A stretch of DNA of 64,000 nucleotides. It comes from Bacteroidota bacterium (GTDB lineage Bacteria; Bacteroidota; Bacteroidia; Bacteroidales; JAIOZK01). Made by a program: the position numbers and the translations under genes. Positions within the stretch are counted from its first letter, which is position 1; each line of letters starts with the position of its first letter. Shown piece by piece: positions 17,381-27,169 of this stretch. The stretch lies in contig JAXHMP010000001.1 of NCBI GenBank assembly GCA_034521425.1, positions 1,737,737-1,801,736 on the forward strand. The letters are read 5' to 3'. The notes beneath the pieces are model-generated. The model worked only from the letters and a program-made list of their open reading frames with translations, had not been told where the DNA came from and did not search any database.

Positions 17381-17668
17381 TTACGTATTCAAAAGCCCAA
17401 TACATTTATCAATTTCCCGCACGAGCTCACCAATCTTATTTTTGGCCTGATCTCTGCCAGGTCCATCTTCAAGCGATTTAGCCAGTTTTAATGTTGTTAT
17501 TTTTTCTTCCAGTATTTTGATTCCTAATTTTTGTTGTTTCAACTCCTGATTCAAGTTGTCATTCCTGTTGGCCAGTGCTGAATTCTCCTCCTGCAAAGCT
17601 CCCAGCTTTTTGATAAGCTTTCCAACCTTGTAGTCAATCCCTGATATGAGGGTCTTTTCATCCTTCAT
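17381..17668 (-). CDS. small coiled-coil protein upstream of zapA (ZapB-like architecture, unknown function)
   Basis: About 95 aa with heptad-rich sequence (LGALQEENSALANRNDNLNQELKQQKLGIKILEEKI). It sits 22 nt upstream of zapA on the same strand. The ATG at 17668 is preferred over the GTG at 17671. Confidence 0.6.
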   Translation of the reverse strand: MKDEKTLISGIDYKVGKLIKKLGALQEENSALANRNDNLNQELKQQKLGIKILEEKITTLKLAKSLEDGPGRDQAKNKIGELVREIDKCIGLLNT

Positions 17669-17684
17669 CACTCGCTAATTTGAG

Positions 17685-17692
17685 CAAAAATA
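17685..17692 (-). promoter_or_regulatory. candidate -7 box (TATTTTTG) for the coiled-coil/zapA operon
   Basis: The reverse complement of caaaaata matches TAnnTTTG. It is only ~16 nt from the start codon, so the leader would be very short. Confidence 0.3.
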
Positions 17693-17842
17693 GTAAATGA
17701 CTTACTCAAAAACAAGTATTTACAAAGACCTGCAGCTAATCATTTAACAATCAATCTTTAAGCAAATCAGCTTAAAACTATTCTAAATTGCATTCCACCT
17801 GAGACATTTTCACCCTGAAAGGTATTAATACAATAAAAGCCT

Positions 17843-19117
17843 ATGACAGAAGAATTCCTGCATTTCGTATGGAAGTTCAAGATGCTTTCGCTGCCTTTGT
17901 TTTTGCAAAGCGGAGAGGAGGTTCATATCCTGAGATCCGGGATCCATAATCATGATGCCGGCCCCGACTTTATCAATGCCATGATCAGGATTGGAAAAAC
18001 CCGCTGGGCCGGCAATGTTGAAATCCATCTGAATGCCTCCGACTGGTTCAAGCACCGCCACCAGAATGATCAGCGTTACGACAATATCATCTTGCATGTG
18101 GTATACCGGAATGACCGGGAGGTAAAAAGGAAAAACAATGAAAGCATTCCCACGCTCGAATTGACCCGGCATATCGATGAGAGTTTGCTGAACCGCTACC
18201 TGGATATCATCGGATCCACCCGGCGCATCCCTTGCCAGAATATGTTGAAAAGCGTCGACAGCATCATCATCCGGGACATGCTGGAGAAAGTCCTGGTGGA
18301 GAGGCTGGAGCAAAAGTCCATTTTTATCCTGAACAGGCTGGTGCAGAACAAGAACAACTGGGAGCAAAGCTTTTATGAACACCTGGCGGCAAGTTTCGGA
18401 CTGAAAGTCAATGCAGAAGCATTTGAGATGCTGGCCAGGTCTTTACCGGTGCACTATCTTGCCCGGCACAAGGATGATCTTTTTCAGCTTGAGGCTCTAC
18501 TGTTCGGACAGGCAGGCTTCCTGAACGGGAGTTTCAAGGATAGCTATCCCCGCCAATTGAAAAAGGAATACCGGCACCTGCGGAATAAATTCAATTTGCA
18601 ACCCATTCCTGTTCACAACTGGAAATTTTTGCGTCTGAGGCCTTCCAATTTCCCGGGCATCAGGATCGCCCAGTTTGCCGCACTCATGCATTGCTCGCCC
18701 GGCATCTTCTCCGAAATACTCGAGACCAAAGAGGTGGATCATTTCGCCGGGATGTTCAAGCTCAGGGCTTCATCTTACTGGGACAGCCATTATCGTTTCG
18801 AAAAGAAAAGCAGCGGCCGCCCGCGGCCTAAAGTGCTTGGAGAGAACAGCCGGTTGGTAATCATGATCAATACCATTGTGCCCTTTCTCTTTGTTTACGG
18901 CAAACAAAAATCGGATCAGCGATACTGCAGCCGGGCGATCAACCTGCTCGAAAGAACTGCCCCCGAAGAAAACCAGCTAACACGCCTGTGGAAAGAAAGC
19001 TGTATGCCGGTGCAATCTGCTTTCGACAGCCAGGCATTGTTGCAACTCTTTAACCAGTATTGCAGGAACAAGAAATGCATAGAATGTAAAATCGGTATCA
19101 AACTCCTGAAGGCTTAG
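17843..19117 (+). CDS. DUF2851 family protein
   Basis: 424 aa; the N-terminus EEFLHFVWKFKML and the C-terminal cysteine pattern (CRNKKCIECKIG) are typical of DUF2851. Confidence 0.75.
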   Translation: MTEEFLHFVWKFKMLSLPLFLQSGEEVHILRSGIHNHDAGPDFINAMIRIGKTRWAGNVEIHLNASDWFKHRHQNDQRYDNIILHVVYRNDREVKRKNNESIPTLELTRHIDESLLNRYLDIIGSTRRIPCQNMLKSVDSIIIRDMLEKVLVERLEQKSIFILNRLVQNKNNWEQSFYEHLAASFGLKVNAEAFEMLARSLPVHYLARHKDDLFQLEALLFGQAGFLNGSFKDSYPRQLKKEYRHLRNKFNLQPIPVHNWKFLRLRPSNFPGIRIAQFAALMHCSPGIFSEILETKEVDHFAGMFKLRASSYWDSHYRFEKKSSGRPRPKVLGENSRLVIMINTIVPFLFVYGKQKSDQRYCSRAINLLERTAPEENQLTRLWKESCMPVQSAFDSQALLQLFNQYCRNKKCIECKIGIKLLKA

Positions 19118-19258
19118 CCCGAATACATCATCAATCCTGACCCTGAGACACACCTCCTGCCAAACAGTAAATTATTTGTACTTGGAAATTCCGATCAGAT
19201 TGTCAGGGCAAGAGAATTCCTTTCGGCTGGCCCGGCCAACCCGAAGGATTCATCATGA
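19118..19258 (+). pseudogene. relic C-terminal fragment of an RCK_C (TrkA_C) domain protein
   Basis: My own translation gives PEYIINPDPETHLLPNSKLFVLGNSDQIVRAREFLSAGPANPKDSS*. This matches the last strands of the TrkA_C consensus (..iPsgdtvleagDvLvvvGepedle.l..). There is no upstream coding partner and no start codon. Confidence 0.45.
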
Positions 19259-21142
19259 TACCAGCCCGCGGATACTGTCCAGAGCTGTGGGTGTACCGAA
19301 AACATTCAGAATATCCCCCTGCCGCAGGTAAGTATCCCCATGGGGTATATACATATTATCGTTTCTCCTGATCAGCATGAGGGTTCCATCACGGTGGAAG
19401 GGCAGGTCTTTGATCTGCTTCCCCTCAATTCCCGCGCTTGTAATTTTGATCTCCTCCACCAAAAAGTTCTCGAAAGATTCCACCAGGGTATGGTAAGTAG
19501 TTGGGCGGATGATCAGGTTCTCGATGGTGGTAGCCACCACCCGGGTTGAATCGAATGATTCCACGTCCAGTTTCCTGAGTACCCGCTCAATGCCCGTCTT
19601 ATTGGCCTTGGTAATGATCTTCTCATGATTCAGATCATTCCGCAGCATCTTGCAAATCTCTATATTCATCTGGTCTACTTCGGTAAGGACCACCACATAA
19701 TTAAAATGGGAAAGCCTGACGAGCCGGTAGGTTTCAGGATCCTTCCCATCAGCATATACAACTTCAATACCTTTGGATTTGATCTCTTCATACCTTTCTT
19801 TCCGGCTTTCGATGATCACCGCTTCCCGGTTGTGCATTTTCAACCGGCGCGCCAGCAAAACACCGGTGCTGCTTCCCCCAACAATAACGGTTTTCTCCCC
19901 TGCAAATTTTACCCGGGGATAAACCTGGTTAAAGATTAGCGGGGAAAGGATGCAGGTGACCACTGCCATCAGCACGATGCTGGCATTGATCCCTTCGGAG
20001 ATCACCCCAAGTTCCAAGCCAATTGCTGAAGCCGCGATGATGAGACTCAGGCGGGAGGAAATCAGGAAACCGCCTGCCAGTGCCTTACGCATGCCAAACA
20101 GTCGCGACCAGATCAGGGAGGGGATTACCTTCACCGCAAAAAGGGTTAGCAGAAAAAAGCCCAGGAAAAGGTAGAGGGAATCATCGAGTTGAAGCAGGGC
20201 TTCGGGATTGAACCTCACCCCCACCATGATGAAGAAAATGGGGATAAAAAAGCCATACCCCATCCCATCCAGTTTGATCAGCAACAGTGAACGGGCCTTG
20301 TGCAGGAACATCGACAGCAAGAGTCCACCAAGAAATGCACCCAGCAACATGACTTCTTTCCCGATGAACTGGGAAAGGGCAACAAATACCAGGGCAATCA
20401 AAATGGCCCCTCTCACCTGTATCTGGGAGGCGGCATGAGAAAGCTGATAGGTGATCCGCTGAAAAAGGGATATGCGGTTCAACTGCTTGCCTGCAACATA
20501 AAAGAGAATAAAGATGACGGCAAGAAATAAAATGTACAGCAGTTCGAACTGGAATCCTTCCTTGATCACAAATGCGGTTATGGTAAAAAGTAAGATGCTC
20601 ATGATATCTGCGATGGCCGCCGCCAGGATCAGCATCTGCCCATAGCGCGTATTGATTTCACCCCGGTTCTTCAAGACTGGCAGGATGATCCCCACCGAGG
20701 TGGTAACCATGATCAGGGCAAAATACCAGACATTCCTGATATCGACGACTCTGGATAATAAACCGGAACCGATCTCCGACAACAAAAGCGTGACCCCGAA
20801 CACAAAGATCCCGACCAGAAAAGGATTTCGCAGAAAACCCGCATAGGTGATCCTTTTTCTGGGAAAGGAATTGATGATCTGGTCGACATCGATCTCCAGA
20901 CCGCTCAGGAACATCAAAAACATAAAGCCGGTGAGGGCCAGAAAATCGACAATTTGCATCGACTCCACGGGAATGCCTTCGAGCAGGTAACTCCCGATGA
21001 AATACCCGGCCAGGATCTCCACGATAACCGTGGGCACCTTGGTGGCCTTGATCAGCGACATGGCCATGGGAATGAGCCAGGCCAAGGCAGCCACGATCAG
21101 CAAAGGATAATAATCAAAGTCGAAAGAAATTGTCAGCAGCAT
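19253..21142 (-). CDS. cation:proton antiporter (CPA2-type) with C-terminal TrkA_N/TrkA_C regulatory domains
   Basis: A 629-aa ORF with ~12 TM segments, then a Rossmann motif (VIVGGSSTGVLLARRL), then an RCK_C end (GDTYLRQGDILNVFGTPTALDSI). Confidence 0.8.
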   Translation of the reverse strand: MLLTISFDFDYYPLLIVAALAWLIPMAMSLIKATKVPTVIVEILAGYFIGSYLLEGIPVESMQIVDFLALTGFMFLMFLSGLEIDVDQIINSFPRKRITYAGFLRNPFLVGIFVFGVTLLLSEIGSGLLSRVVDIRNVWYFALIMVTTSVGIILPVLKNRGEINTRYGQMLILAAAIADIMSILLFTITAFVIKEGFQFELLYILFLAVIFILFYVAGKQLNRISLFQRITYQLSHAASQIQVRGAILIALVFVALSQFIGKEVMLLGAFLGGLLLSMFLHKARSLLLIKLDGMGYGFFIPIFFIMVGVRFNPEALLQLDDSLYLFLGFFLLTLFAVKVIPSLIWSRLFGMRKALAGGFLISSRLSLIIAASAIGLELGVISEGINASIVLMAVVTCILSPLIFNQVYPRVKFAGEKTVIVGGSSTGVLLARRLKMHNREAVIIESRKERYEEIKSKGIEVVYADGKDPETYRLVRLSHFNYVVVLTEVDQMNIEICKMLRNDLNHEKIITKANKTGIERVLRKLDVESFDSTRVVATTIENLIIRPTTYHTLVESFENFLVEEIKITSAGIEGKQIKDLPFHRDGTLMLIRRNDNMYIPHGDTYLRQGDILNVFGTPTALDSIRGLVS

Positions 21143-21261
21143 ATAAAGGTCTTGAAGTTCAGTTTTCAGTACGATTTAAGTGTAAACAAATTTGAAAATA
21201 AATCTTTGGTTTTCGTGATAAAATTAGCATTTTTGTCGACACTATTTTCATACCAGGGCCT

Positions 21262-22713
21262 ATGACTTCTTTTTTTGACCAGTTTCTATTGCTTGAAATT
21301 CAGAATCCAATCCTAAAATCCATTGATGATGCTATTCAATATTATAATGAATACATAGGCGGGTTTTTGATATTGTTGATGCTCATCCCCACGGGGATAT
21401 ATTTTATCATCAAGCTGAAATTCCTGAATGTTACAAAACTAAGGCATTCAATCAGGATCGTGGCGGGCAAATATGACAACAAAGATGACATTGGTGACGT
21501 AAACCATTTCAAGGCGCTCACCACGGCACTATCTGCCACAGTGGGTACCGGCAACATTGTTGGTGTTGCCCTGGCAATTGGCTGGGGCGGTCCCGGGGCA
21601 GTTTTCTGGATGTGGGTGACCGGTTTCCTCGGCATGATCCTGAAATATAGCGAATGTACCCTTTCCCACAAATACCGCAGATTCAATTCCGATGGGAGTG
21701 TTTCGGGTGGCCCCATGTATTATATGGAGTTCGGACTAAAAGACCGGATTGGAAAGATGGCCAGGGTACTTGCCTTGGTATTCGCAGTGGCCACAATACT
21801 CTGCTCGCTGGGAACCGGCAATATGGCCCAGTCTAATTCCATGTCAGCCGCGCTTTTCAGCACTTATGAGATCGACAAATGGTTTTCGGGTTTTGTAATC
21901 GCGGTGCTGGCCCTGCTTGTAATTGTGGGCGGTATCAAGCGGATCGCTGAAGTCACATCAAGGCTGGTACCCTTAATGGCTGTGCTATACGTACTCAGCG
22001 CACTCACCATTATCTTCATTGAATATGACCGCATCCCCAACGCCTTTTCTGCCATATTTACCGATGCTTTTACCGGTAAGGCGGCAGCAGGAGGCTTCTT
22101 TGGTTCCGTCTTCCTGATGACCCTTGTGATGGGGGTAAGAAGGGGCCTGTTCTCCAATGAGGCGGGTCAGGGCTCAGCACCCATTGCCCATGCAGCCGCA
22201 AAAACCGAACACCCTGCCCGTGAAGGACTTGTTGCTTCACTGGAACCGCTGGTAGATACCCTGATCATTTGCACCCTGACAGCTCTGGTTATTATTCTTA
22301 CAGGTGCCTGGGAGCTGGACAAGGAAGGCGTTTCCATGACCTCCAGAGCCATGGAGATCGGGCTGAACCGTGTCGGGATCCATGGCATCGGTGATCATAT
22401 TGTGGCCATCGGACTGATGCTGTTTGCATTCTCAACCATCATCAGCTGGTCATATTACGGAACCCGCGCCGTGAATTACCTGTTCGGGGAGAAATTTATC
22501 AAACCTTACGGTTATCTCTACGGACTTTTTGTTTTCCTGGGATCCATATGGGGGCTGGATCTTGTATGGCATTTTGTGGATATGGTGATCACCTTTATGA
22601 CGATACCCAACCTGATCGCCCTGCTATTATTGGCACCCGTTGTGATGAGTGAAACGAAAAAATATTTTGCGGAAATGGAGAAGATTGAACACAGCAGAAA
22701 AAAGCCCTTCTGA
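21262..22713 (+). CDS. alanine/glycine:cation symporter (AGCS) family transporter
   Basis: FKALTTALSATVGTGNIVGVALAI is the AGCS signature. The ORF is 483 aa. Confidence 0.85.
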   Translation: MTSFFDQFLLLEIQNPILKSIDDAIQYYNEYIGGFLILLMLIPTGIYFIIKLKFLNVTKLRHSIRIVAGKYDNKDDIGDVNHFKALTTALSATVGTGNIVGVALAIGWGGPGAVFWMWVTGFLGMILKYSECTLSHKYRRFNSDGSVSGGPMYYMEFGLKDRIGKMARVLALVFAVATILCSLGTGNMAQSNSMSAALFSTYEIDKWFSGFVIAVLALLVIVGGIKRIAEVTSRLVPLMAVLYVLSALTIIFIEYDRIPNAFSAIFTDAFTGKAAAGGFFGSVFLMTLVMGVRRGLFSNEAGQGSAPIAHAAAKTEHPAREGLVASLEPLVDTLIICTLTALVIILTGAWELDKEGVSMTSRAMEIGLNRVGIHGIGDHIVAIGLMLFAFSTIISWSYYGTRAVNYLFGEKFIKPYGYLYGLFVFLGSIWGLDLVWHFVDMVITFMTIPNLIALLLLAPVVMSETKKYFAEMEKIEHSRKKPF

Positions 22714-24386
22714 TGATTAAACCCGGCAAAATAAAATTTACCTGGCTGATCACAATACTTCTATTTACTTTCCAAAGCACAATTGCATATGGGCAAACAG
22801 ATCCTGATTTTGAAAAACCGGAATTTTTAAAGGAAACCAAAACAGAAGCTGCCGACACCACTTTCAGTCAGCGCATCGAGCATGTTTTTTCCCCTTTTGT
22901 AAAAGTACTCGGGGATGTACTCTTCTGGGATCCCTTTTCCGCGATTGGCATTTACGATCCCGTGGTGAGGGACGACACAGGGCAGCCTCTGAAAGACGAA
23001 AAAGGAAATACGGTAGAAGCCCCTTTGAAACTAATCGTGGTCTGGCTGATCTTCGGCGGATTATTCTTTACCATTTTCATGCGCTTCATCAACATAAGGG
23101 CTTTCAGGCATGCCATCGGGCTGATCCAAGGCAAATACGACACCCCCCTTTCGGGCGGGGAAGTTTCACACTTCCAGGCCCTGACCACTGCACTGAGTGC
23201 AACTGTGGGGCTGGGCAACATTGCCGGTGTTGCCCTGGCTGTTTCCATTGGCGGGCCCGGAGCTACCCTGTGGATGATACTCGCCGGCTTCCTGGGCATG
23301 TCCTCAAAATTCGTGGAATGTACGCTGGGGGTAAAATACCGGAAAATAGATAAAAAAGGCAGGGTGTCGGGAGGTGCCATGTATTATCTTAAACACGGCC
23401 TGAAAAAAAGGAAATTATCCTGGCTCGGCTATTTTCTGGCCGCAACATTTGCAGTGCTGGTGATCGGGGGCTCTTTCGGGGGCGGGAATATGCTGCAGGC
23501 CAACCAGGCCTTTGAGCAATTTGCCAGCTTTTTCCCGTCAACAGCGAATCATGGGGCCTGGTACGGGCTGGTACTGGCTGTTTTCGTGGGCCTGGTTATC
23601 ATTGGCGGCATCAAAAGCATTGCCAGGGTAACTTCCCGCATTGTTCCGCTTATGGCCCTTCTGTATGTGCTTACCGCCCTGGTGATCATTTTTATGAATT
23701 ATGACAAAACAGGAGAAGCTTTCAGCCTGATCTTTCACGGAGCTTTCTCGGCGGATGCCATGAAAGGTGGATTTATCGGTGTGCTGGTGTGGGGCTTTCA
23801 GCGCGGCGCATTCTCGAATGAAGCCGGGGTTGGTTCCGCTTCCATCGCTCATGCCGCCGCCCGCACCAGTGAACCGGTAAGTGAAGGCATTGTAGCTTTG
23901 CTGGAACCTTTTGTGGATACCATCGTGGTTTGCACCATGACTGCCCTGGTGATCATATTTACAGGTTTTTATGATGACAGCTCGGGAGTGGAAGGTGTAA
24001 GCCTCACTTCTGCTGCCTTCGGCTCTGTTTTTTCCTGGTTTCCTTATCTGCTGCTGATCGCCGTAACATTATTCGCATTCAGCACACTCATCTCCTGGTC
24101 GTATTATGGTCAAAAAGGTTTCGACTATCTCTTCGGCGGCTGGAGCGAAAAACTCTTTGGCAACAGGACGGTTACGGATACCATTTACAGGCTGCTGTTC
24201 CTAACCTGTATCGTGATCGGCTCTGCTTCCAGCCTGCGATCGGTAATGGACTTTTCGGATATGATGGTATTGTGCATGGCTTTTCCCAATATCATTGGTT
24301 TACTGATCATGGCACCGGAGGTAAAAAGAGACCTGAATATCTACTGGAAAAAACTTAAAACAGGTGAAATTAAAAAGCATAAATAA
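22713..24386 (+). CDS. AGCS family transporter paralog with ~100-aa N-terminal extension
   Basis: FQALTTALSATVGLGNIAGVALAV is the family signature. A signal-like N-terminus (FTWLITILLFTFQSTIAYGQ) plus a soluble segment precede the first core TM. The start overlaps the previous stop (TGATG). Confidence 0.85.
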   Translation: MIKPGKIKFTWLITILLFTFQSTIAYGQTDPDFEKPEFLKETKTEAADTTFSQRIEHVFSPFVKVLGDVLFWDPFSAIGIYDPVVRDDTGQPLKDEKGNTVEAPLKLIVVWLIFGGLFFTIFMRFINIRAFRHAIGLIQGKYDTPLSGGEVSHFQALTTALSATVGLGNIAGVALAVSIGGPGATLWMILAGFLGMSSKFVECTLGVKYRKIDKKGRVSGGAMYYLKHGLKKRKLSWLGYFLAATFAVLVIGGSFGGGNMLQANQAFEQFASFFPSTANHGAWYGLVLAVFVGLVIIGGIKSIARVTSRIVPLMALLYVLTALVIIFMNYDKTGEAFSLIFHGAFSADAMKGGFIGVLVWGFQRGAFSNEAGVGSASIAHAAARTSEPVSEGIVALLEPFVDTIVVCTMTALVIIFTGFYDDSSGVEGVSLTSAAFGSVFSWFPYLLLIAVTLFAFSTLISWSYYGQKGFDYLFGGWSEKLFGNRTVTDTIYRLLFLTCIVIGSASSLRSVMDFSDMMVLCMAFPNIIGLLIMAPEVKRDLNIYWKKLKTGEIKKHK

Positions 24387-24454
24387 TCCCCAATCTTCAT
24401 TTGAAGATTTTTGTATCATTGTAATCAATATGACCATCCAAAGCAATGTGAAAT

Positions 24455-25810
24455 ATGGCAAATTTTGACTTTTCCAAGCGCGACAGCTTCGGTTCTAAAA
24501 TTGGTGTCATCTCGGCAGCAGCAGGCTCTGCAATCGGATTGGGAAACATCTGGAGGTTTCCCTATGTGGCTGGAGAGAATGGCGGCGGAGCATTCCTGCT
24601 GATCTACATCGGATTTATCCTGCTGATCGGTGTACCCGTTATGTTGTCGGAGTTTGCCATCGGCCGCAGGGCACAAAGAAATCCCTACGGGGCTTTCAGA
24701 TTACTCAAACCCAAGCAACCCTGGTACCTGATCGGACTGATGGGAATCGCCGCGGCTTTCATGATCCTGGCCTTTTACAGCACAGTAGCCGGATGGACAC
24801 TGGAATATCTTATCAATGCCATATCCAACAATTATGCTGATAAATCCCCGCAGGATTTAAGCGTAATGTTCGACAACTTCGTTTCACTGGGTTTTAAACC
24901 TGTCATCTTCCAGCTTGTTTTCATGTTTCTAACTGCCTGGATCGTATTCTCGGGCGTGCGCCACGGAATAGAAAGATATGCTAAAATCCTGATGCCGGTT
25001 TTACTGCTCATCATTATCGTACTGGGCATACGTTCTGTTACATTGCAGGGAGCTGGTGCAGGGCTGAATTTCCTGTTTAATCCGGATTTCAGCAAGATTG
25101 ATACCAGTACCATCCTGGAAGCCCTGGGGCAGGCATTCTTCTCTCTCAGCATTGGCATGGGAACCCTGATCACCTATGGCTCCTACATCAATAAAAAAGA
25201 AAACCTTTCCACCACTGCCTTCCAGGTTTCGGCTGCCGACACAGCCATTGCCATCCTGGCGGGTGTTGCCATATTTCCTGCTATGTTTGCCTTTGGTATT
25301 GAACCCAATACCAGCGGTGAAGGTCTTGTTTTTAAAATATTGCCGCTTATCTTTAATGAGATGCCCGGAGGTTTTGCCTTCCAGTTGCTTTTTTGCTTCC
25401 TGCTGATCGTTGCCGCACTTACCTCCACCATTTCCGTACTGGAAGTTGTGGTGGCTTATTTTTCAGAAGAACTCGGGATCGGCAGAAAACTGGCCACCGT
25501 CATCGCTGCAAGCGCCATCGGATTCCTGGGCATCTTCTGTACCCTGTCTTTCGGCCCCCTGCGGGGACTTGACCTGTTTGAGATATTCAATTTTACTTCC
25601 GCCAACATATTGCTTCCGCTGGGCGGATTGCTGATCGTGGTCTTTGTAGGCTGGTTCCTTGGCAAACAAAATGTGTATGACGAAATTTCCAATTCGGGAA
25701 TATTGAAAATGAGGCTTTACAAAGTATTTATGATCATCGTGCGATTCATCGCACCGGTCGCCATCGCCATGGTTTTCCTCCATGGAATGGGGATCATCAA
25801 CCTGGAATAA
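24455..25810 (+). CDS. sodium-dependent transporter, neurotransmitter:sodium symporter (NSS/SNF) family
   Basis: GSAIGLGNIWRFPY motif; 451 aa and polytopic. Confidence 0.85.
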   Translation: MANFDFSKRDSFGSKIGVISAAAGSAIGLGNIWRFPYVAGENGGGAFLLIYIGFILLIGVPVMLSEFAIGRRAQRNPYGAFRLLKPKQPWYLIGLMGIAAAFMILAFYSTVAGWTLEYLINAISNNYADKSPQDLSVMFDNFVSLGFKPVIFQLVFMFLTAWIVFSGVRHGIERYAKILMPVLLLIIIVLGIRSVTLQGAGAGLNFLFNPDFSKIDTSTILEALGQAFFSLSIGMGTLITYGSYINKKENLSTTAFQVSAADTAIAILAGVAIFPAMFAFGIEPNTSGEGLVFKILPLIFNEMPGGFAFQLLFCFLLIVAALTSTISVLEVVVAYFSEELGIGRKLATVIAASAIGFLGIFCTLSFGPLRGLDLFEIFNFTSANILLPLGGLLIVVFVGWFLGKQNVYDEISNSGILKMRLYKVFMIIVRFIAPVAIAMVFLHGMGIINLE

Positions 25811-25860
25811 TCTATGCCTGTTTTACAGGATCTTTTATAAACCAAAACCAAATTAATACT

Positions 25861-27111
25861 ATGAAAAAGCAATTATTCCTGATTATACTTATATCAGGCC
25901 TTTGTTTTAGTTCAAGGATTTCAGCGCAGAAAAATTTTGAAAGCGGATTTGTTGTCAGCTCAGACGGTGACACATTGAAGGGTCAAATAGAAGACCGGGG
26001 GTTTTCCAAAAACTCCTATTCATGTATTTTTCGCAAAAGCAACAAAACCGAAAGCATGGTTTTCCAGGCAAATGATATTTCTTCATATGGATTTGAAAAC
26101 GGTGATATTTATGTGAGTAAAGAGATCATGAATGGGGATATTCAGGAGAAAAGATTTCTAACGTTGATCGTTAGAGGAGAAGCAAATCTATATGGTTTAA
26201 ATGATCATCAGAAAAAATGGCGATATTTTATCAGCAAAGACACCCTTGGTCCAACAGAACTAAAGGTCAAAGAGTATTATGATATGCGCCTGCGGGGTGG
26301 GTTGAATAAGATGGTTCTGATTAAACGCAAAGATTATCAGGGAGTGTTAAAATACTTTTTGAATGATTGCAGGAACTTAAAACCTTCCTTTGAATCAGTT
26401 TCTTTAAACAGGAATAATCTTACTAATATAATAAACAATTATAATTACTGTATAAATCCTTCAGGTTCTGAAATTATCGCTCAAAAAAAGCGTGGAAATA
26501 ATAATCTTGGATTCAATGTTGGATTAAGCTATTCAAAACTTAAGTTTTCTAAAAATTACTATAATAAAACTAGCGAATACTATATGTCGCGGGAATGGCC
26601 AGGTACTGTTCAGATACATCTGGGTATTTACAAAAACTGGAGCCTTCAATTCATTGGTTCGAATACCAATTTGCAGGTAGAAGCAAATCTTACATCATAC
26701 AGCAGCACGCCAAAAATCGACGGTAAAAAGGAGAATAATGAACTTGTATTAAAGTCCACTTATTTTCAAACCCCCCTGATTTTACAGCAAGTATTTCCAA
26801 CTGAAAAGATGAGCTATTTTGTAACCCTGGGTGTTTATCTTTCTCCTTTAGGTTATTTAAACCATACATATAATGGAAAAAAAGTAATGATAAATAAGGC
26901 ATACCCCGGAATAACCAATAACAAAGTTGCAGTTGTTGAATGGCCAAAATCCGGTTGGATAATGGGAGCCGGAATTAAGGTGCCGGTTAAAAACAGGAAA
27001 TCTTTTATGGTTGAAATTAGATATGGGCACTCCTCGAGTATGTCATCGGTGTCTTCATTTGATATAAGAATGAGAAAATTCGATTTCCTAATTGCATTTG
27101 ATCTTTTCTAA
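25861..27111 (+). CDS. outer-membrane beta-barrel protein, unknown function
   Basis: A signal peptide (MKKQLFLIILISGLCFSSRISAQ) is followed by alternating beta-strand patterns in the C-terminal half and a terminal aromatic residue (..IAFDLF*). The gene is visibly more A+T-rich than its neighbours. Confidence 0.55.
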   Translation: MKKQLFLIILISGLCFSSRISAQKNFESGFVVSSDGDTLKGQIEDRGFSKNSYSCIFRKSNKTESMVFQANDISSYGFENGDIYVSKEIMNGDIQEKRFLTLIVRGEANLYGLNDHQKKWRYFISKDTLGPTELKVKEYYDMRLRGGLNKMVLIKRKDYQGVLKYFLNDCRNLKPSFESVSLNRNNLTNIINNYNYCINPSGSEIIAQKKRGNNNLGFNVGLSYSKLKFSKNYYNKTSEYYMSREWPGTVQIHLGIYKNWSLQFIGSNTNLQVEANLTSYSSTPKIDGKKENNELVLKSTYFQTPLILQQVFPTEKMSYFVTLGVYLSPLGYLNHTYNGKKVMINKAYPGITNNKVAVVEWPKSGWIMGAGIKVPVKNRKSFMVEIRYGHSSSMSSVSSFDIRMRKFDFLIAFDLF

Positions 27112-27169
27112 TTTTTTCTATTTATAGCGGACAAAAAGTGTATTAAAGGTATTAATAGTAAAAACCTTT

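Noticed and set aside
17843-19258. Idea that DUF2851 is extended by TAG read-through into the in-frame RCK_C-like tail
   Set aside because: The DUF2851 C-terminus (..CIECKIGIKLLKA*) looks complete for the family. An isolated half RCK_C domain fused there makes no structural sense. Coincidental framing of a gene relic is the simpler explanation.
21143-21261. Possible glycine riboswitch upstream of the first AGCS transporter
   Set aside because: The spacer is only ~120 nt, A+T-rich and without the conserved glycine-aptamer core. It is too short for tandem aptamers.
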